Positions 23,382-36,912 of a DNA stretch of 64,000 nt are shown piece after piece. Source of the DNA: Octopus bimaculoides. Lineage: Eukaryota. Position numbers and translations under genes: made by a program. Positions within the stretch are counted from its first letter, which is position 1. Each line of letters opens with the position of its first letter. Location of the stretch: contig NC_068988.1 of NCBI RefSeq assembly GCF_001194135.2, forward strand, positions 14,932,107 to 14,996,106, written 5' to 3'. The notes under the pieces were generated by a model. The model was not told where the DNA came from. It did no database searches and was given only the letters and a program-made list of their open reading frames with translations.

Positions 23382-24379
23382 GACAGAAAATCACGGTGGT
23401 GCTCCAGCATGACCACAGCCACTTGGCTGAAACCCATAAATAAATAAATATGTAGATGTGTATATATATATGTGTGTGTGTAGATGTGTATGTATATATA
23501 TATATGTAGATGTACATGTATATATATGTAGATAGATGTGTGTGTATATGTATGTATGTGTGTGTGTGTAGATAGATGTATATGTCTGTATGTATGTATA
23601 GATGGATATGTACATTTGTGTATACACGCACGTGTGTGTCCAAGCCATGCCAGCATGGGAAAAGGGTGTATTAAAACATCAAAGTTATTTGTATAATTCA
23701 GGACTACCTTTGTAATTTCAGAAAGAAATACTTCAGTCTTCAAATAATTTTCTGAGTAACCCTCGTTCATAATTTAATAAGACATTGACAGGGAAATATA
23801 ATGAAGTCCTCTTTAGATAAATCCAGGCTTTATTTAAATTAATTAATTACAAAAACTGCTTTAGAATACAATTTACAAAAGTAAATGGCCAAGAATTTAT
23901 CTACATGCTTAGTGTTTCTTGTGTTATTTTTATTTTATTTTATTTTATTTTAATCTACACACTCCTTGTTGAAATGATAATTCGTGTGTCCAGAAACGTG
24001 CGTGTGTATATATTAGTGTACATAAGCGTACGTGCACACGTTTGTATGTATGTATGTATATATATAGAAACGTGTGTAGGTTTATTTAAATTAATGTGTG
24101 TGTGTGTATGTATGTATGTATGTATATATATAGAAACGTGTGTAGGTTTATTTAAATTAAAGTATGTGTATGTGTGTATGATGTCTGCAGTCAGCCAATT
24201 CCACGTTCATTTGAATTCTTTCACGTTCTCAGCTAATCTGAGGTGGTTTTCCTCTCCAACATAAACATTACCAGTCAGAGTAACATAATCTGTTGATGGA
24301 TGATTTCTTGGCGAAGAATGCTGCTACGTTTCTAATCCATCTAACAGTGGAACTTCGTTGTTTAGCCCCGGGTCGACTC

Positions 24380-25235
24380 TGATCCAACAGACCTTATGAT
24401 CAAAAGCATTCCAGTCGTGCCCATCCCAACCCGTGTTTTCTTTTTGCGGATATATATAGAAGTGACTGATGCAATTCCTGGGCAACCTGCGGCCCGTGGA
24501 ACTTTCTGAATGGAAGTAGTGTGTCCCGCCTGGTGATGAGTCATGTCTCATGCGGCCCGATTCTGGAAAAGGGTTGCCCATGTCTTGGTGTATTGTAATT
24601 TGGGGGAAGATTTGCTATTTCTAGTAGGCCGAGCGATTGTGTTGGTTCATTGATATGATCAAAGATGTTCGAACTATTACCTATCCTATAGACCAATATC
24701 ATGCCATCACTAACTTAACTATTCTTATCTCATGCGAACTTCGGCAATGTATTATTTTAGTCTTTTTCTTAATAGCCTCCATTATCCATTATGATTTTGT
24801 CTACCCTATCGTCTTGAAAAGACGATAGGGTGTAATTTGGGGGAGATTTAGCCGTTATTTCTATCAGATCTGGGTGACCTGGCCATTATACATTCTTGTT
24901 AAGCTACATACGTGTGGGCATATTGTTAATTCTGGTTACATTTCTTAACAATATCACTGATGAGAATATCAGGTGCAAGACATTTTTTTAATTGTTTTTC
25001 CCTCGCTTATTCCACCTGTTAATGGCTACAGACTGGTTCCGACAGTGTTTGTTATTTAACCCCGATCGAGCCGACTTTCGAACAAAAACATTCCGGCCGT
25101 GACATTTCTTTATTTTTCTGGGATATTTAGGACGACATTCTCGAATGTGTCCTTCCTATCTTTTAAGGTGGCAGGGCATGATTTTAGGGAGGTATGGCTG
25201 TTATTTCTAGCATGTTGAACGACCACTTACAGGCT
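24380..25235. repeat. Cluster of three decayed copies of an unclassified repeat
   Basis: Motif GGTGTAATTTGGGGGAGATTT..GCTGTTATTTCTAGCA at about 24590, 24830 and 25180; reverse-strand relative near 47665. Confidence 0.5.
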
Positions 25236-27954
25236 ACAGGCTTTCGTGTTTGGTTGATAAAGTGTTTAGTAATGTCTGTCTGCTCCATAGTTAGCGAGTG
25301 AACTATAACTTATCCGTATTTTTGTTCATGTGTATCGGGAATATAAAAGATCGGCACAATTTATATGTCAAATATTTACATAAATATATAAACTCGCATT
25401 CCTCACATGTTACATTGAACAATGGATGTTTTGGTGTGTCATGAACACACTGTCGTTTGCTTTAATTTTTCTTTTTACAATTGCCTATTCTTTCCTATGG
25501 AAATGGATAGTTAATTTTCTTTGTTCATAACTGGATATTTTTTTTACAATTTGTTTGCAGTTTTGTTAGTATTAAACTTAAAAATTTTTTTTTCATTCTT
25601 TCTTAAGTGTGTTTGCGTGACTGTCCGAAAAGCAATATCCCATGATGTCGAATCATAGTGATTCCGTCTTAAATGTTGATATTTTCTGGGTTGCTTTTAC
25701 AAGAATCTTGATACAGTCGGAATTGCATGAACATTGCAGCTTCTCATATTTTCTTACTTTGTAAATTCTGATCTTCTTATATTTAATGAATTTTTTTTTT
25801 GATCAGTTAAGTTAAACAGCTAAATCTTGACAAAATGTTTTGACTTCGTAAAACGAGCAATTTTCTTGAAATTTTTTCTCTTTTTCACCCTCTTTAGCTG
25901 TTACCGCACTAATTCGAATACAATGCGATCGTGATTATGATGCAACTCCCTCTCTCTGTACTAATAAAATCACTAACAGTTCATCTTAACCTATTTTTAC
26001 ATTCGAGAATAATGCTAGCCCACTCCCCTAAAATTTTGACCATGTTGCCAATGCATGAATAACCTCTTTAGTACAAAATGAGGGAATGTAAAGAGCATAG
26101 AAATAGCAACTGTCGTGCTCTGACTTAATTCACCTTTCCCTTTTTTTGCTGCGGCTACCACTAGAACCTATAACGAACAGAACGTGAGCTAATGACTGAG
26201 GCTTTACTACGTGATCGCTCGACATTGTTTAAAATTACCAGTCAAATTTCCCTCATATCCCATTCAAGTACCTTTGGATATCCTGCACTTTATGGTGTGA
26301 AACAAATCTTAAAACAAAACAATGACAGTCCAAATCATTTTGTTTTTCTCTTCGTGCAAAAAATATGGGTCATATGCGTCGTTTTATCTTTTGCTTGTTT
26401 CAGTCAACACTGCGGCCAAGCTGGGGCACCACCTTCAAAGGTTTAATCGAACAAATTTACCTCGGTACTTTATTTTGTTTAAACCTGGTACTTATTTTAT
26501 TGATCTCTTTTTTGCTCAACATCCACGCTGTTGAACGTAAACAAACCAGCACCGGTTGTCAAGTGGTGACTGGGGTGCAAACACACACCTACATATACGG
26601 TGGGTTTCTTTCAGTTTCCATAAACCAAATCCACTCACAATGCTTTCATCAGCCCAGGGCTATAATAGAAGACACTTGCCCAAAATGCCACACAGTGGGA
26701 CTGAATCTGGAACCATGTGGTTGAGAAACCTCTAACCACACATCTACACTGCACCTATGCATAATGAATTTTCAACACAAGTACAGCTTGCCAAATGTGA
26801 CCATCCCATCTTTATCCAAAAGAATCAGACATGTTTTCAAAACCGTGCCAATGTAAACATTCCAAATGTTGCCAACTTCATGACCCTTGACAATAGTTTC
26901 CAGTTTAGGTACAAGGCCGGCAGTTTTGAGGCAAAGCAAAGGAGCCAGTCAGTACCATGAACTCTCCCCCCCCCCCACCTAATCCTCACACCCAATACTG
27001 ATCTGGTACTTTATTTTATCGACCCACAAACTGTAGAAGACAAAGTTGATTATCAGGATTGGAACATCATCGTTTAATGTCTGCCTTCCATGCTAGCATG
27101 GGTTGGACGATTTGACTGGGGACTGGCGAACCAGAAGGCTGCACCAGGCTCCAATCTGATCTGGCAGAGTTTCTACAGCTGGATGCCCTTCCTAACGCCA
27201 ACCACTCAGAGAGTGTAGTGTGTGCTTTTTACATGCCACGGTACAAGGGCCATTCAGGTGGTACTGGCAACAGCCATGCTCAAATGGTGTTTTTTTTTTA
27301 TGTGCCACCTGCACTGGAGTCAGTCCAATGTTTTGTTCACATGCCACTGGCACAAGTGCCAGTAAGGCGATGCTGGAAACAATCGCACTCAAATGGTGCA
27401 TTTTGCATGCCACCGGCACGGAAGCGAGACCACTGCTCTGGCAGTGATCCCACTCAGATCGTGCTGTTAGCACTCCACTGTCACGGGTGCCAGTCATCGA
27501 TATATATATATACACACACACACACACACCATATTTGAAGGCATGCAAATAACACTTTTTTCCAAAAACACACCCATCCTATATGCTAACCTGTAATCTA
27601 ATTTTGTTCTCAAGGCTCTCCTTTTTTCTGAATATGTACTGCTGAAATCAAGGTGTGTCTAGTATACCTGTCTTTTGTTTCATGAAATACAGTATATAAT
27701 ATTTTTATGCTTGACCTTTTATCATTTAAACAGGCCATATCCAGCTAAAATATTCTACCTGTTTTATGTTCAAACCAGCTAGATCTGGCTTCTCATACCT
27801 TATCTACAATGTCATTCTAAAAATATACAATCACATCATCAAAATAAGCTAAAAGTCAATGCTTGATTAAATCAAAACAATATGAATATAAAAGCATTAC
27901 ATTTTGATGTATGAATAAGAGTGGTTTTACTTAGCTCCACACATCTCAAGTACA

Positions 27955-28345
27955 GTAAATCACCACAACTCCTGGTCCCTTCTCATTTCCTCAGTGAGGC
28001 CCTGCATCCAAAAATCCCTTCTCACCAGTTCATCTTGCATCTTCCTGGGTCTACCCCTTCCACAGGTTCCCTCCACAATTAGAGCTCAGCATTTCTTTAT
28101 GCAGCTGTCCTCATCCATATGCATCACATGACCAAACCAACACAGTTTTCTCTCTTGTACACATCTAATACCTCTTATATCTAGTTTTCTTCTTAAATCA
28201 TTTATACTCTGTTGTGCATGCACATTGACATTACCCATCCAGCAGAGCAAGCTAGCTCCATTTCTTTCAAGTCTTCTGTAATCAAAGCCCATGTTTCACT
28301 GTCATGTAGCATAGCTGTATGTTCACAAGAATAAACTTGATATAT
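27955..28345 (-). mobile_element. Degenerate RTE-clade LINE ORF2 C-terminal fragment
   Basis: HDSETWAL..RRLERNGASLLCWM..DLRRKLDIRGI..QERKLCWFGHVMHMDEDSCIKKC..VEGTCGRGRPRK, with frameshifts. Confidence 0.88.
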
Positions 28346-29269
28346 CTCAACAGAAAATAGTTTCAAACATGACATATATATATATATATATATATATGAC
28401 TGCTTTATGCAGTTAAGAGTATGCATGTGTGTGTTTTTGTGTTTGTCTTGATATCAAGCAGTAATTGTAAACAAGCATCCCTGTCATACAAGCAGTGTCC
28501 TTCATTTCCAATCTTCCATGAAAACCTGTTTGAGCCATGTTGAAATATTACCTTACAGTGGGTTGAGGGTTGGCAACAGGAAGTGCATCCAACGAGAGAA
28601 AATCAGCCTCAGCAAATCCTTTTAACCCATACAAGCATTGGAAAGTGAACATTAAAATGATGGTGATGATGATATAGTTGCTGATAGATTCAATGGTGAG
28701 TAAGCTCTACATGTTAAGCCCCTCTCCTTGGTTTAAGATGCTAATTAGTCTAAAAGGGAATTACACAGTCATCCATAAGCATGTCCATTAATTCTGGTGT
28801 TTGATGGTTGTGAACAAAAAGAAAATATCAATTTAAGGATCTGTATTACAGTCACTAGAGTACCATGAATATAAACGAGCTGTCCACTACATAAGTTCTC
28901 TCTTAGATTGTTGTTCACCAAAATCTAAATAGCAATTCAGAGTAAAAACTGCATGTTTCTATCATCCACAAAGTACATGTGCAAATTAAGCTGGATTGTA
29001 TTTATTTTGTCCCCATTTACTTTTTCTGACTGTTTGCAGAAAAAACTGAAGTACAGTTAGTACAAGTAGGTGCTAGTGTTGTGATGGTCTGTTATAATTT
29101 GCATTCAGAAAGTTAATGCTTACACTCTCCCACTTACTATGTATGACACTGAAATACTTGGACATCTGAAGTGATGTCATAACTGCTTGACAACAAAAAA
29201 TGAACACTTGGCCAGTGAGATAGGTCTTATGAAGTATGTGTTGTAGTCTGTTATCAAGGACAACTAGTG

Positions 29270-30340
29270 GTGTATTGGATATATGTACCCATAGGTGGTC
29301 AATGTGTAGTTAGATGAATTTGCTACTGGGGTGTGTGCAACTATTTGTCCTTGTACTGCTGTTGAGTAGAGAAGTCGAACTGGTGTACCTCCAGTTCCAT
29401 CCTTACTTGTGAATTTATGGCCAGTGACACGAGGCCCACTGGAATCTGCTTGGGCTATTTTGTCCCAACGTAAGTTGATAATAGAAATGTTCCACCATGT
29501 AGTTAGTTGCTGAATGATAAATGATAGTATGGGTTTGATTGACCAAGTAATTTCATCAGTTGGTACAATGGTATAAGTATCATGAATAGCTTTCACATTC
29601 TCCTCTGCAGACATTGTTATTTTATCAATATGAAATCTAATCGAATCCGACGACTGGCACCCATGTCAACCTCTCCCTTATTGGACACTAAACTCTGCTT
29701 GCGAAGTAGAGAAGTTGAACTGGTGTACCTCCAGTTCCATCCTTATCTGTGAATATATGGCCAGTGACACGAGGCCCACTGGAATCTGCTTGGGCTATTT
29801 TGTCCCAACGTAAGTTGATAATAGAAATGTTCCACCATATAGTTAGTTGCTGAATGATAAATAATAGCATAGGTTCGATTGCAACCTAGCAATTGCATTA
29901 GTTTTGCAGAACTGCTGTTTCTTATCGGTTGTGATAGTAGATAGTATATCATATCTTGAAATCTATTGCTGTACAGTGCCCTTCACAACTGTCTTGGTTG
30001 CATTGGCTAGTAGAATAGTACTGGACTATCTGATATATAATCTGTCAATACAAATGAACAGATAAATATCTCCTTGTGAAGGTGGAAGTGGTTCTACATA
30101 AAGCTTCACTTTATGCCAAGTGAAGCTAAGATGCTTAATGGTGACTTGACAGCAACTTACCTCTGCTTTTTGACATGCAACACAGTTCCTGCCCCACTCT
30201 CAGATTTTGTTTGTTTTGTTTTTGTCAATACTAGGCCAAATGAAACCTGCCAATATCAGCTCTAGTATTGAATTGGTGCCTGGATCTAACAGAGAATAGA
30301 GTACATTAAAAATCTCAGAATGGCGTTTTGGGGCCACAAA
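29270..30340 (-). mobile_element. Degenerate Ty3/gypsy integrase
   Basis: Across frameshifts: RFIWP..CVACQKAEV (HHCC zinc domain), PLPPSQGDIYLFICIDR, ISRYDILSTITTDKKQQF (two catalytic Asp positions), LLGCNRTYAIIYHSATNYMVEHFYYQL and GTPVRLLYST. Confidence 0.85.
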
Positions 30341-33300
30341 ACAGTGTTTATGGCTGGTGGAGATAGTGGACCAAATGTATCTGGTTGAAGGAGGATCTAA
30401 CTCCTGGAATGTTAAAGGTGGTGAATTCCATAATCAGGATAGCTTACCATTTCTCTTGATCAAATTTTATTGGTCCAAATTGACAAAGCAGAAGTGTTTA
30501 GTATATCATGCTTGTTATTGTGTGAAAGTACATTGTTAATCTTTTTCACATGTCGCTTATGTATTGGGAGGTTCAGTTGCTGAATTTCTCAGTGAATGGT
30601 AATCAGATCTGAACATCAGGATGTACATTAGGGGCTTGTTATCTCTGTAGGGAATAGAAACATAACCCTCTAACAAGTGATGGAAGTGCTTCACACTAAG
30701 ATAGGCAGCGGTTAATTCTTTTTAATAAATGCCATATCTTGTTTCCTCTGGTTGCAAGCATAAGCTTAATAGAAAAGGAAGTAGCTGACAGCCTTCTTCC
30801 ACCAGCTGTTTTACAACATCTCCCAACAGCAAATGCATCTACAACGCATGGTGCAGTTTACTTGGAGATGTACCAGAAGAGTGATCTCAGCCAATCTCTT
30901 AAAACAAGTGAGTTCACACACACTCACATTATGAGTGATTGGTTGATTCTTCCTTTTGTTGCTGAGCATGCATTGAATATCTGTGTAACTTCAGTGCAGT
31001 GTATTGCAGTTTTGATTAAATAGTAATAGAAATTGATGTGACCAAGTAATTTCGTCAGTTGGTACAATGGTATAAGTATCGTGAATAGCTTTCACATTCT
31101 CCTCTGCAGACATTGTCATTTTATCAATATGAAATCGAACCGAACCCAACGACTGGCACCTATGCCAACCTCTCCTTCATTGGACACTAAACTCTGCTTG
31201 CGAAGTCCTGTTGGAGCAAGTGAAATTGAAATCGTAATTGAACCATACTCGATGACTGGTACCTGTGCCAGTGGAGCAACTAACAGCACTATCCGAGCGT
31301 GTTCATTGCTAGAGCGGCTGCCTGGCTTCCGTGCTAGTGGCCCGTAAATAGCACCATTTGAGCGTAATCATTACCAGTGTTGCCTTCTAGCACTTGTGCT
31401 GGTGGTACGTTTAGAAAATCATTCGAGCAAGGTCGTTGCCAGTGCTGCTGGACTGGCTCCCGTGTAGGTGACACGTAAAAAACACCTTTTTGAGTGTCGG
31501 CGTTGCCAGTATCGTGTGACTGACCCATGTGCCGGTGGCACGTAAAAGCACCCACTACACTCTCGGAGTGGTTGGCTTTAGGAAGGGCATCCAGCTGTAG
31601 AAGCTCTGCCAGATCAGATTGGAGCCTGGTGTAGCCATCTGGTTCACCAGTCCTCAGTCAAATCGTCCAACCCATGCTAGCATGGAAAGCAGACGTTAAA
31701 CGATGAGGATGATGATGATGATGATTAACCTTTTTGTTGCCACATTTCTCTTGTAATACTGCCCCTGTTTCATGAGAATTTATTGAAATAAAATTGTCGT
31801 TATTAAGCTGGTGTTTGGAATATAAATTATCATGAAGTTTTATGAGCAGTTTTTAGATCCCTTAGAAACTGAGAATTTGTATTATAGACCTACAGGTGGA
31901 TGTGTATCAAAAGGATTCAAGAGACATTAGTACCACCAAAGAGGTAGTTACTTGGTTGATGACTATGCCATATCTGTCATTTCACCCTTTAATATTCAGA
32001 CTGGCCAGATCTGTTCTCTCACACCTACGATGTCGTTCATGTCATTTTGAGGATGACGTTAATCCTAAAAGTGACATCGTTGGAATCTCAAAGCTACAAG
32101 ATAATGCATGATTAATTCAAAACAATATAAATAAATAAACTGCGTGGTACCTTGGGCAAGTGTCTTCTACTATAGCCTCGGGCCAACCAAAACCTTGTGA
32201 GTGGATTTGGTAGACGGAAACTGAAAGAAGCCCGTCGTATATATGTATGTATATATATATGTGTGTGTATATGTTTGTGTGTCTGTTTATCCCCCCCCCC
32301 CAACATCGCTTGACAACCGATGCTGGTGTGTTTACATCCCCAGTAACTTAGCAGTTCGGCAAAACAGACTGATAGAATAAGTACTAGACTTACAAAGAAT
32401 AAGTCCTGGGGTCGATTTGCTTGACTAAAGGCGGTGCTCCAGCATGGCCGCAGTCAAATGACTGAAACAAGTAAAAGAGTTACATTTGGCAGAATAATCT
32501 GAATGCTAAAGGGTTAAAGAGCAAGTAAATTTTCTTGTGTTTATCCTCAAAGGAGCTAGCAACTTGTGGATCATCCAGGTGGGCATAGGGGAAGGGTAAT
32601 CTTCAGGTAGATAACATCCATCGACCTCTGAAATATCTGTGCTGCATTACAAGAGCCAAACAGCATTCTTACAAATTCAGAGTTCAGATGGTAAAATAAT
32701 TACCATTTTGGGAATATTACCTAAGTCTGGTTATAAGCATTGACAAGTGTTCTCTTCTACAACACCAGGCCAACCGATGCCTTGTGAGTGAATTTGGTAG
32801 ACAGAAAATGTTGGAAATCTGTCATATACATGCACGTGTGCATGCAAATGCAAATGTCACCACCTGTGTGAAATTGTAATATGATGTTTGCATTAGTTGT
32901 TGGCATTACAACCACTCGTTCTGCATTTTTTGAAGACTTGTGTAATAAAAAGTGTTTTACCTGAAACACAAGGAAAAGTTGGCAACAAGAAGAGCGTCCG
33001 GCCATAAAACCCTGCCTCGAATAAACGTCTGTCCAACTCATGAGCTAGCATGGGAAAGTATGTTTTGAAAGAAGTCTATCGTATGTATTTGTGTGTGCGC
33101 TCTTGTCTTGACATCACATGATGGTTGTAAATGAGCATCATCATCATCGTAGAAGCAAGGTTATTCATTTCCAGTCTTCAGTGAGAAAGAGGTCTGTGAG
33201 AAAATATGATCTTTCTCTGGTGAGGCTTAGCAAAGGGGAGGGCATCCAGCCATTGAAAATCAGCCTCAACAAATTCTATCTGACCCATGCATGGCAAAAT

Positions 33301-33349
33301 GGGCATTTAATAATGGTAATAGGTGTATAGGTTTTTTAGAAAATCTTTC

Positions 33350-33380
<31 letters not shown>

Positions 33381-33684
33381 AAGCTTATCTCTCTTTTTCT
33401 ATCTACACTTACCTTTCCTGCTGCGAGAGGAAAAGAGTAGTAAAGGATCTCTGAAAACCTGTGTGTATGTCTATCTCTTAATACTATACATATATACAGA
33501 CAGAGTTAAGATTTTGCTATGACTGAAGGTAACTGGTCGTTTGAATTGTTTATTATACAGAGACAACCAGGAAGCAAATGAGGGAGAGAGGGAGGTGGTG
33601 GCAGGAAAAGCTTGGCAATTTGGTTACACACACACGTGTATATATTGCACTTTGCTCCATTATGTAAAGGATGATTTCTCGTGG

Positions 33685-33975
33685 CTGGCTCTTGTGCGGG
33701 TGACACATGAGGGTTTTCGAGCGAGATCGTTGCCAGTGCCCCTGGACTGGCTCTTGTGTGGGGTTGTTGTAGGATTTTCAAGCGAGATCGTTGCCGGTGC
33801 CCCTGGACTGGCTCTTGTGCGGGTGACACATGAAATTTCTTCGAGCGAGATCGTTACCGGTGACCCTGAACTGGCTCTTGTGTGGGGTTGTTGTAGGATT
33901 TTCAAGCGAGATCGTTGCCGGTGCCCCTGGACTAGCTCTTGTGCGGGTGACACATGAGGTTTCTCGAGCGAGATG
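33685..33975 (+). repeat. Higher-order tandem repeat (A-B-A-B-A, about 61-bp monomers) within an RTE 3'UTR
   Basis: Alternating CTGGCTCTTGTGCGGGTGACACATGA and CTGGCTCTTGTGTGGGGTTGTTGTAGG monomers share GCGAGATCGTTGCC.GTGCCCCTGGA. Confidence 0.9.
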
Positions 33976-35830
33976 AGCGTGGCCGTTGCCAGTACCGCCT
34001 GACTGGCCTTCGTGCGGATGACACGTAAAAGCACCCACTACACTCTCTGAGTGGTTGGCGTTAGGAAGGGCATCCAGCTGTAGAAACTCTGCCAAATCAG
34101 ATTGGAGCCTGCTAGCATGGAAAGCGGACGTTAAACGACAACGACTTAAAGCGTTAGGCTAAATTGATTAAATCTCAATATCTGGTTTCTACCCACATAC
34201 TTTACACTAGATACAGAGAAATCAAGCTTGGTGAATATATCTGTTAACCTTTTTTTGTGTAAATGCAGTCAATGCAACCACTCTTTTTTTTACTGTACCA
34301 TGCAGTATGAAATGGTCTAGATATTTTCTTAATTGTCTCTGTTCCGGTTGGTTTATCATTTTTAATCACATTTGACTTTTTTTTTCATTTCTTTTCTTTT
34401 TTTATTCATATACCGGCTTTAAAAAGACTTAAGAGACTCAGTGTTTATTTTAGAACAGGGTTAAATTTTGAATTAAATTAGATCACCTGCAGTAAACGGT
34501 GTAATTGGCAGACATGAATAGTCGACACCTGAAGTATTAATGAATGAAAAGTGTTTAATAATGAGAATCTGTATATTCCAATTATTTCCATCCACACATA
34601 TACACTCATCACTAAATAGCAAAAGGTAGACATTATTCTGTCTTTATGTCAGTGTATCAAATACATTTTGTAGCTAAATACAAGCATATGGTTTACTCAT
34701 TATCATGAATTAGTAAGACATGCTTGGGAGAGGGTGATCTGCAGAAGGGCTTCAGAGAAGAACCCCCACTTCATACAATTGTTCCAGCCTTTAACTTCAT
34801 GCACTCTAAGAATGCTGAACCACATCCAACTCATGACTACTGGATACTCCTCTACTGCCATATTCTGTACTACTATCATCATCATCATCATCATCATTTA
34901 ATGTTTGTCTTCCATGCCGACATGGTTGGATGGTTTGGCAGGAGCTGGTAAGCAAGAGGACTGCGCAAACTCTGTCTGTTTTGACATGGTTTTTACAGCT
35001 GGATACCCTTCCTAACACCAGCCACTTTACAAAGTGGACTGATGGTCTTTATGTGCCCTCCTGGAGGGCTGGAGTGCCCCAGATCCAAGGTACATGGAGT
35101 GTTGTAACCAATTCAGTTGACTGCTGGATAAATTATGCCTTTTGAATTTCACATCCATTCCTCTTTCACCAGATCCAGTTGAAACTCTCCTCACCTACTT
35201 CTGCTATTGTTTTAAGAATTCTGGTTCTCTTTCTCCCAGTAGTTGAGAGCTGTTTCATGAGTTATATGCATATATATAGGAGTGGCTGTGTGGTAAGTAG
35301 CTTGCTTACCAACCACATGGTTCCGGGTTCAGTCCCACTGTGTGGCACCTTGGGCAAGTGTCTTCTACTATAGCCTCATGCCGACCAAAGCCTTGTGAGT
35401 GGATTTGGTAGACGGATACTAAAAGAAGCCCATCGTATATATGTATATATATATATCATCATCATCATCATCATCGTTTAACGTCCNNNNNNNNNNNNNN
35501 NNNNNNNNNNNNNNNNNNNNNNNNNNNNNNNNNNNNNNNNNNNNNNNNNNNNNNNNNNNNNNNNNNNNNNNNNNNNNNNNNNNNNNNNNNNNNNNNNNNN
35601 NNTGTGTGTATGTTTGTGTGTGTATATGTTTGTGTGTCTGTGTTTGTCCCCCCAACATCGCTTGACAACCGATGCTGGTGTGTTTACATCCCCATAACTT
35701 AGCAGTTCGGCAAAAGAGACCGATAGAGTAAGTACTAGGCTTACAAAGAATAAGTCCTGGGGGTCAATTTGCTCGGCTAAAGGTGGTGCTCCAGCATGGC
35801 CACAGTCAAATGACTGAAACAAGTAAAAGA

Positions 35831-35874
<44 letters not shown>

Positions 35875-36425
35875 GCATGCATACACACGTATGGGTATTA
35901 TTAAAAATAAGTGTCATGTGAATATCAACGAGCACAGTATAGTGCTCATCTAGACAGAAGCCTGGATATATCTGTAGTACTTGATATACAGATCACAGCT
36001 GTTTGACCTACAATCTTATGTGTACTGTAGATCTGCTCAAAGATTCATTTGTGCATGAGACAGGCTTAGAGAGAGAGAGAAAAAAAATTCACTGAGGACT
36101 AAGTCGTTAAGGTTACTAAAATTGTGCTGTGTTCATCACGAAGATACTTAAATACTCAAATTGCCTAGCTATAAGTAGGTACTACAGAGTACAACTCATT
36201 GTTCCTTAAAATTATAGAAATTGTATAAAACTGGGATAAAAGACAAAAGTCAACTTCAGCAGAATTTGAACTCTGAATGTAAGGATGAATGAAATGCCGC
36301 TAAGCATTTTGCCTGGCGTGCTAACAATTCTGCCAGCTCACCACCTTGACTTTACAACCAAAATATTAGTTTCAAATTTTGGCACAAGGCTTGCAAGTTT
36401 GGTGGAGAGCAAGTCAGTTATATCA

Positions 36426-36912
36426 ACACCAATGCTCAACTGGTATTTATTTTATCGACCCCAGTACACAACTGATATTTATTTTATCGACCCCCCCCAG
36501 TGCTCAACTGGTATTGTATTGACCCCAGTGCTCAACTGATATTTATTTTATCGACCCCCCCAGTGCTCAACTGGTATTGTATCGACCCCAGTGCTCAACT
36601 GNNNNNNNNNNNNNNNNNNNNNNNNNNNNNNNNNNNNNNNNNNNNNNNNNNNNNNNNNNNNNNNNNNNNNNNNNNNNNNNNNNNNNNNNNNNNNNNNNNN
36701 NNNNNNNNNNNNNNNNNNNNNNNNNNNNNNTGGTATTTATTGTATTGACCCCAGTGCTCAACTGGTATTTATTGTATTGACCCCAGTGCTCAACTGGTAT
36801 TTATTGTATTGACCCCAGTGCTCAACTGGTATTTATTTTATTGACCCCAGTGCTCAACTGGTATTTATTTTATCGACCCCAGTACACAACTGGTATTTAT
36901 TTTATTGACCCC
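36426..36912. repeat. 32-bp minisatellite expanded from the SINE family B central domain
   Basis: Unit TGGTATTTATTGTATTGACCCCAGTGCTCAAC on both sides of an N gap; SINE sequence resumes after it. Confidence 0.92.

Noticed and set aside
22251-24264. Long H/T/Y/I- or C/V/M-rich ORFs, and ORFs spanning N runs
   Set aside because: They are translations of (TA)n/(CA)n microsatellites and assembly gaps.
29264-29614. 116-aa minus-strand ORF that at first looked like a viral capsid fragment
   Set aside because: It is a chimera of an inserted repeat segment and frameshifted gypsy integrase; neighbouring frames give clear integrase motifs.
35277-35345. tRNA-like sequences here and at 1185, 53635 and 57740 as tRNA genes
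   Set aside because: No complete cloverleaf or acceptor stem, and they continue into SINE bodies; they are SINE heads.
33685-36912. Regular arrays that might be read as CRISPR-like
   Set aside because: Units are contiguous without unique spacers, lie inside eukaryotic retroposons, and no cas genes are present.
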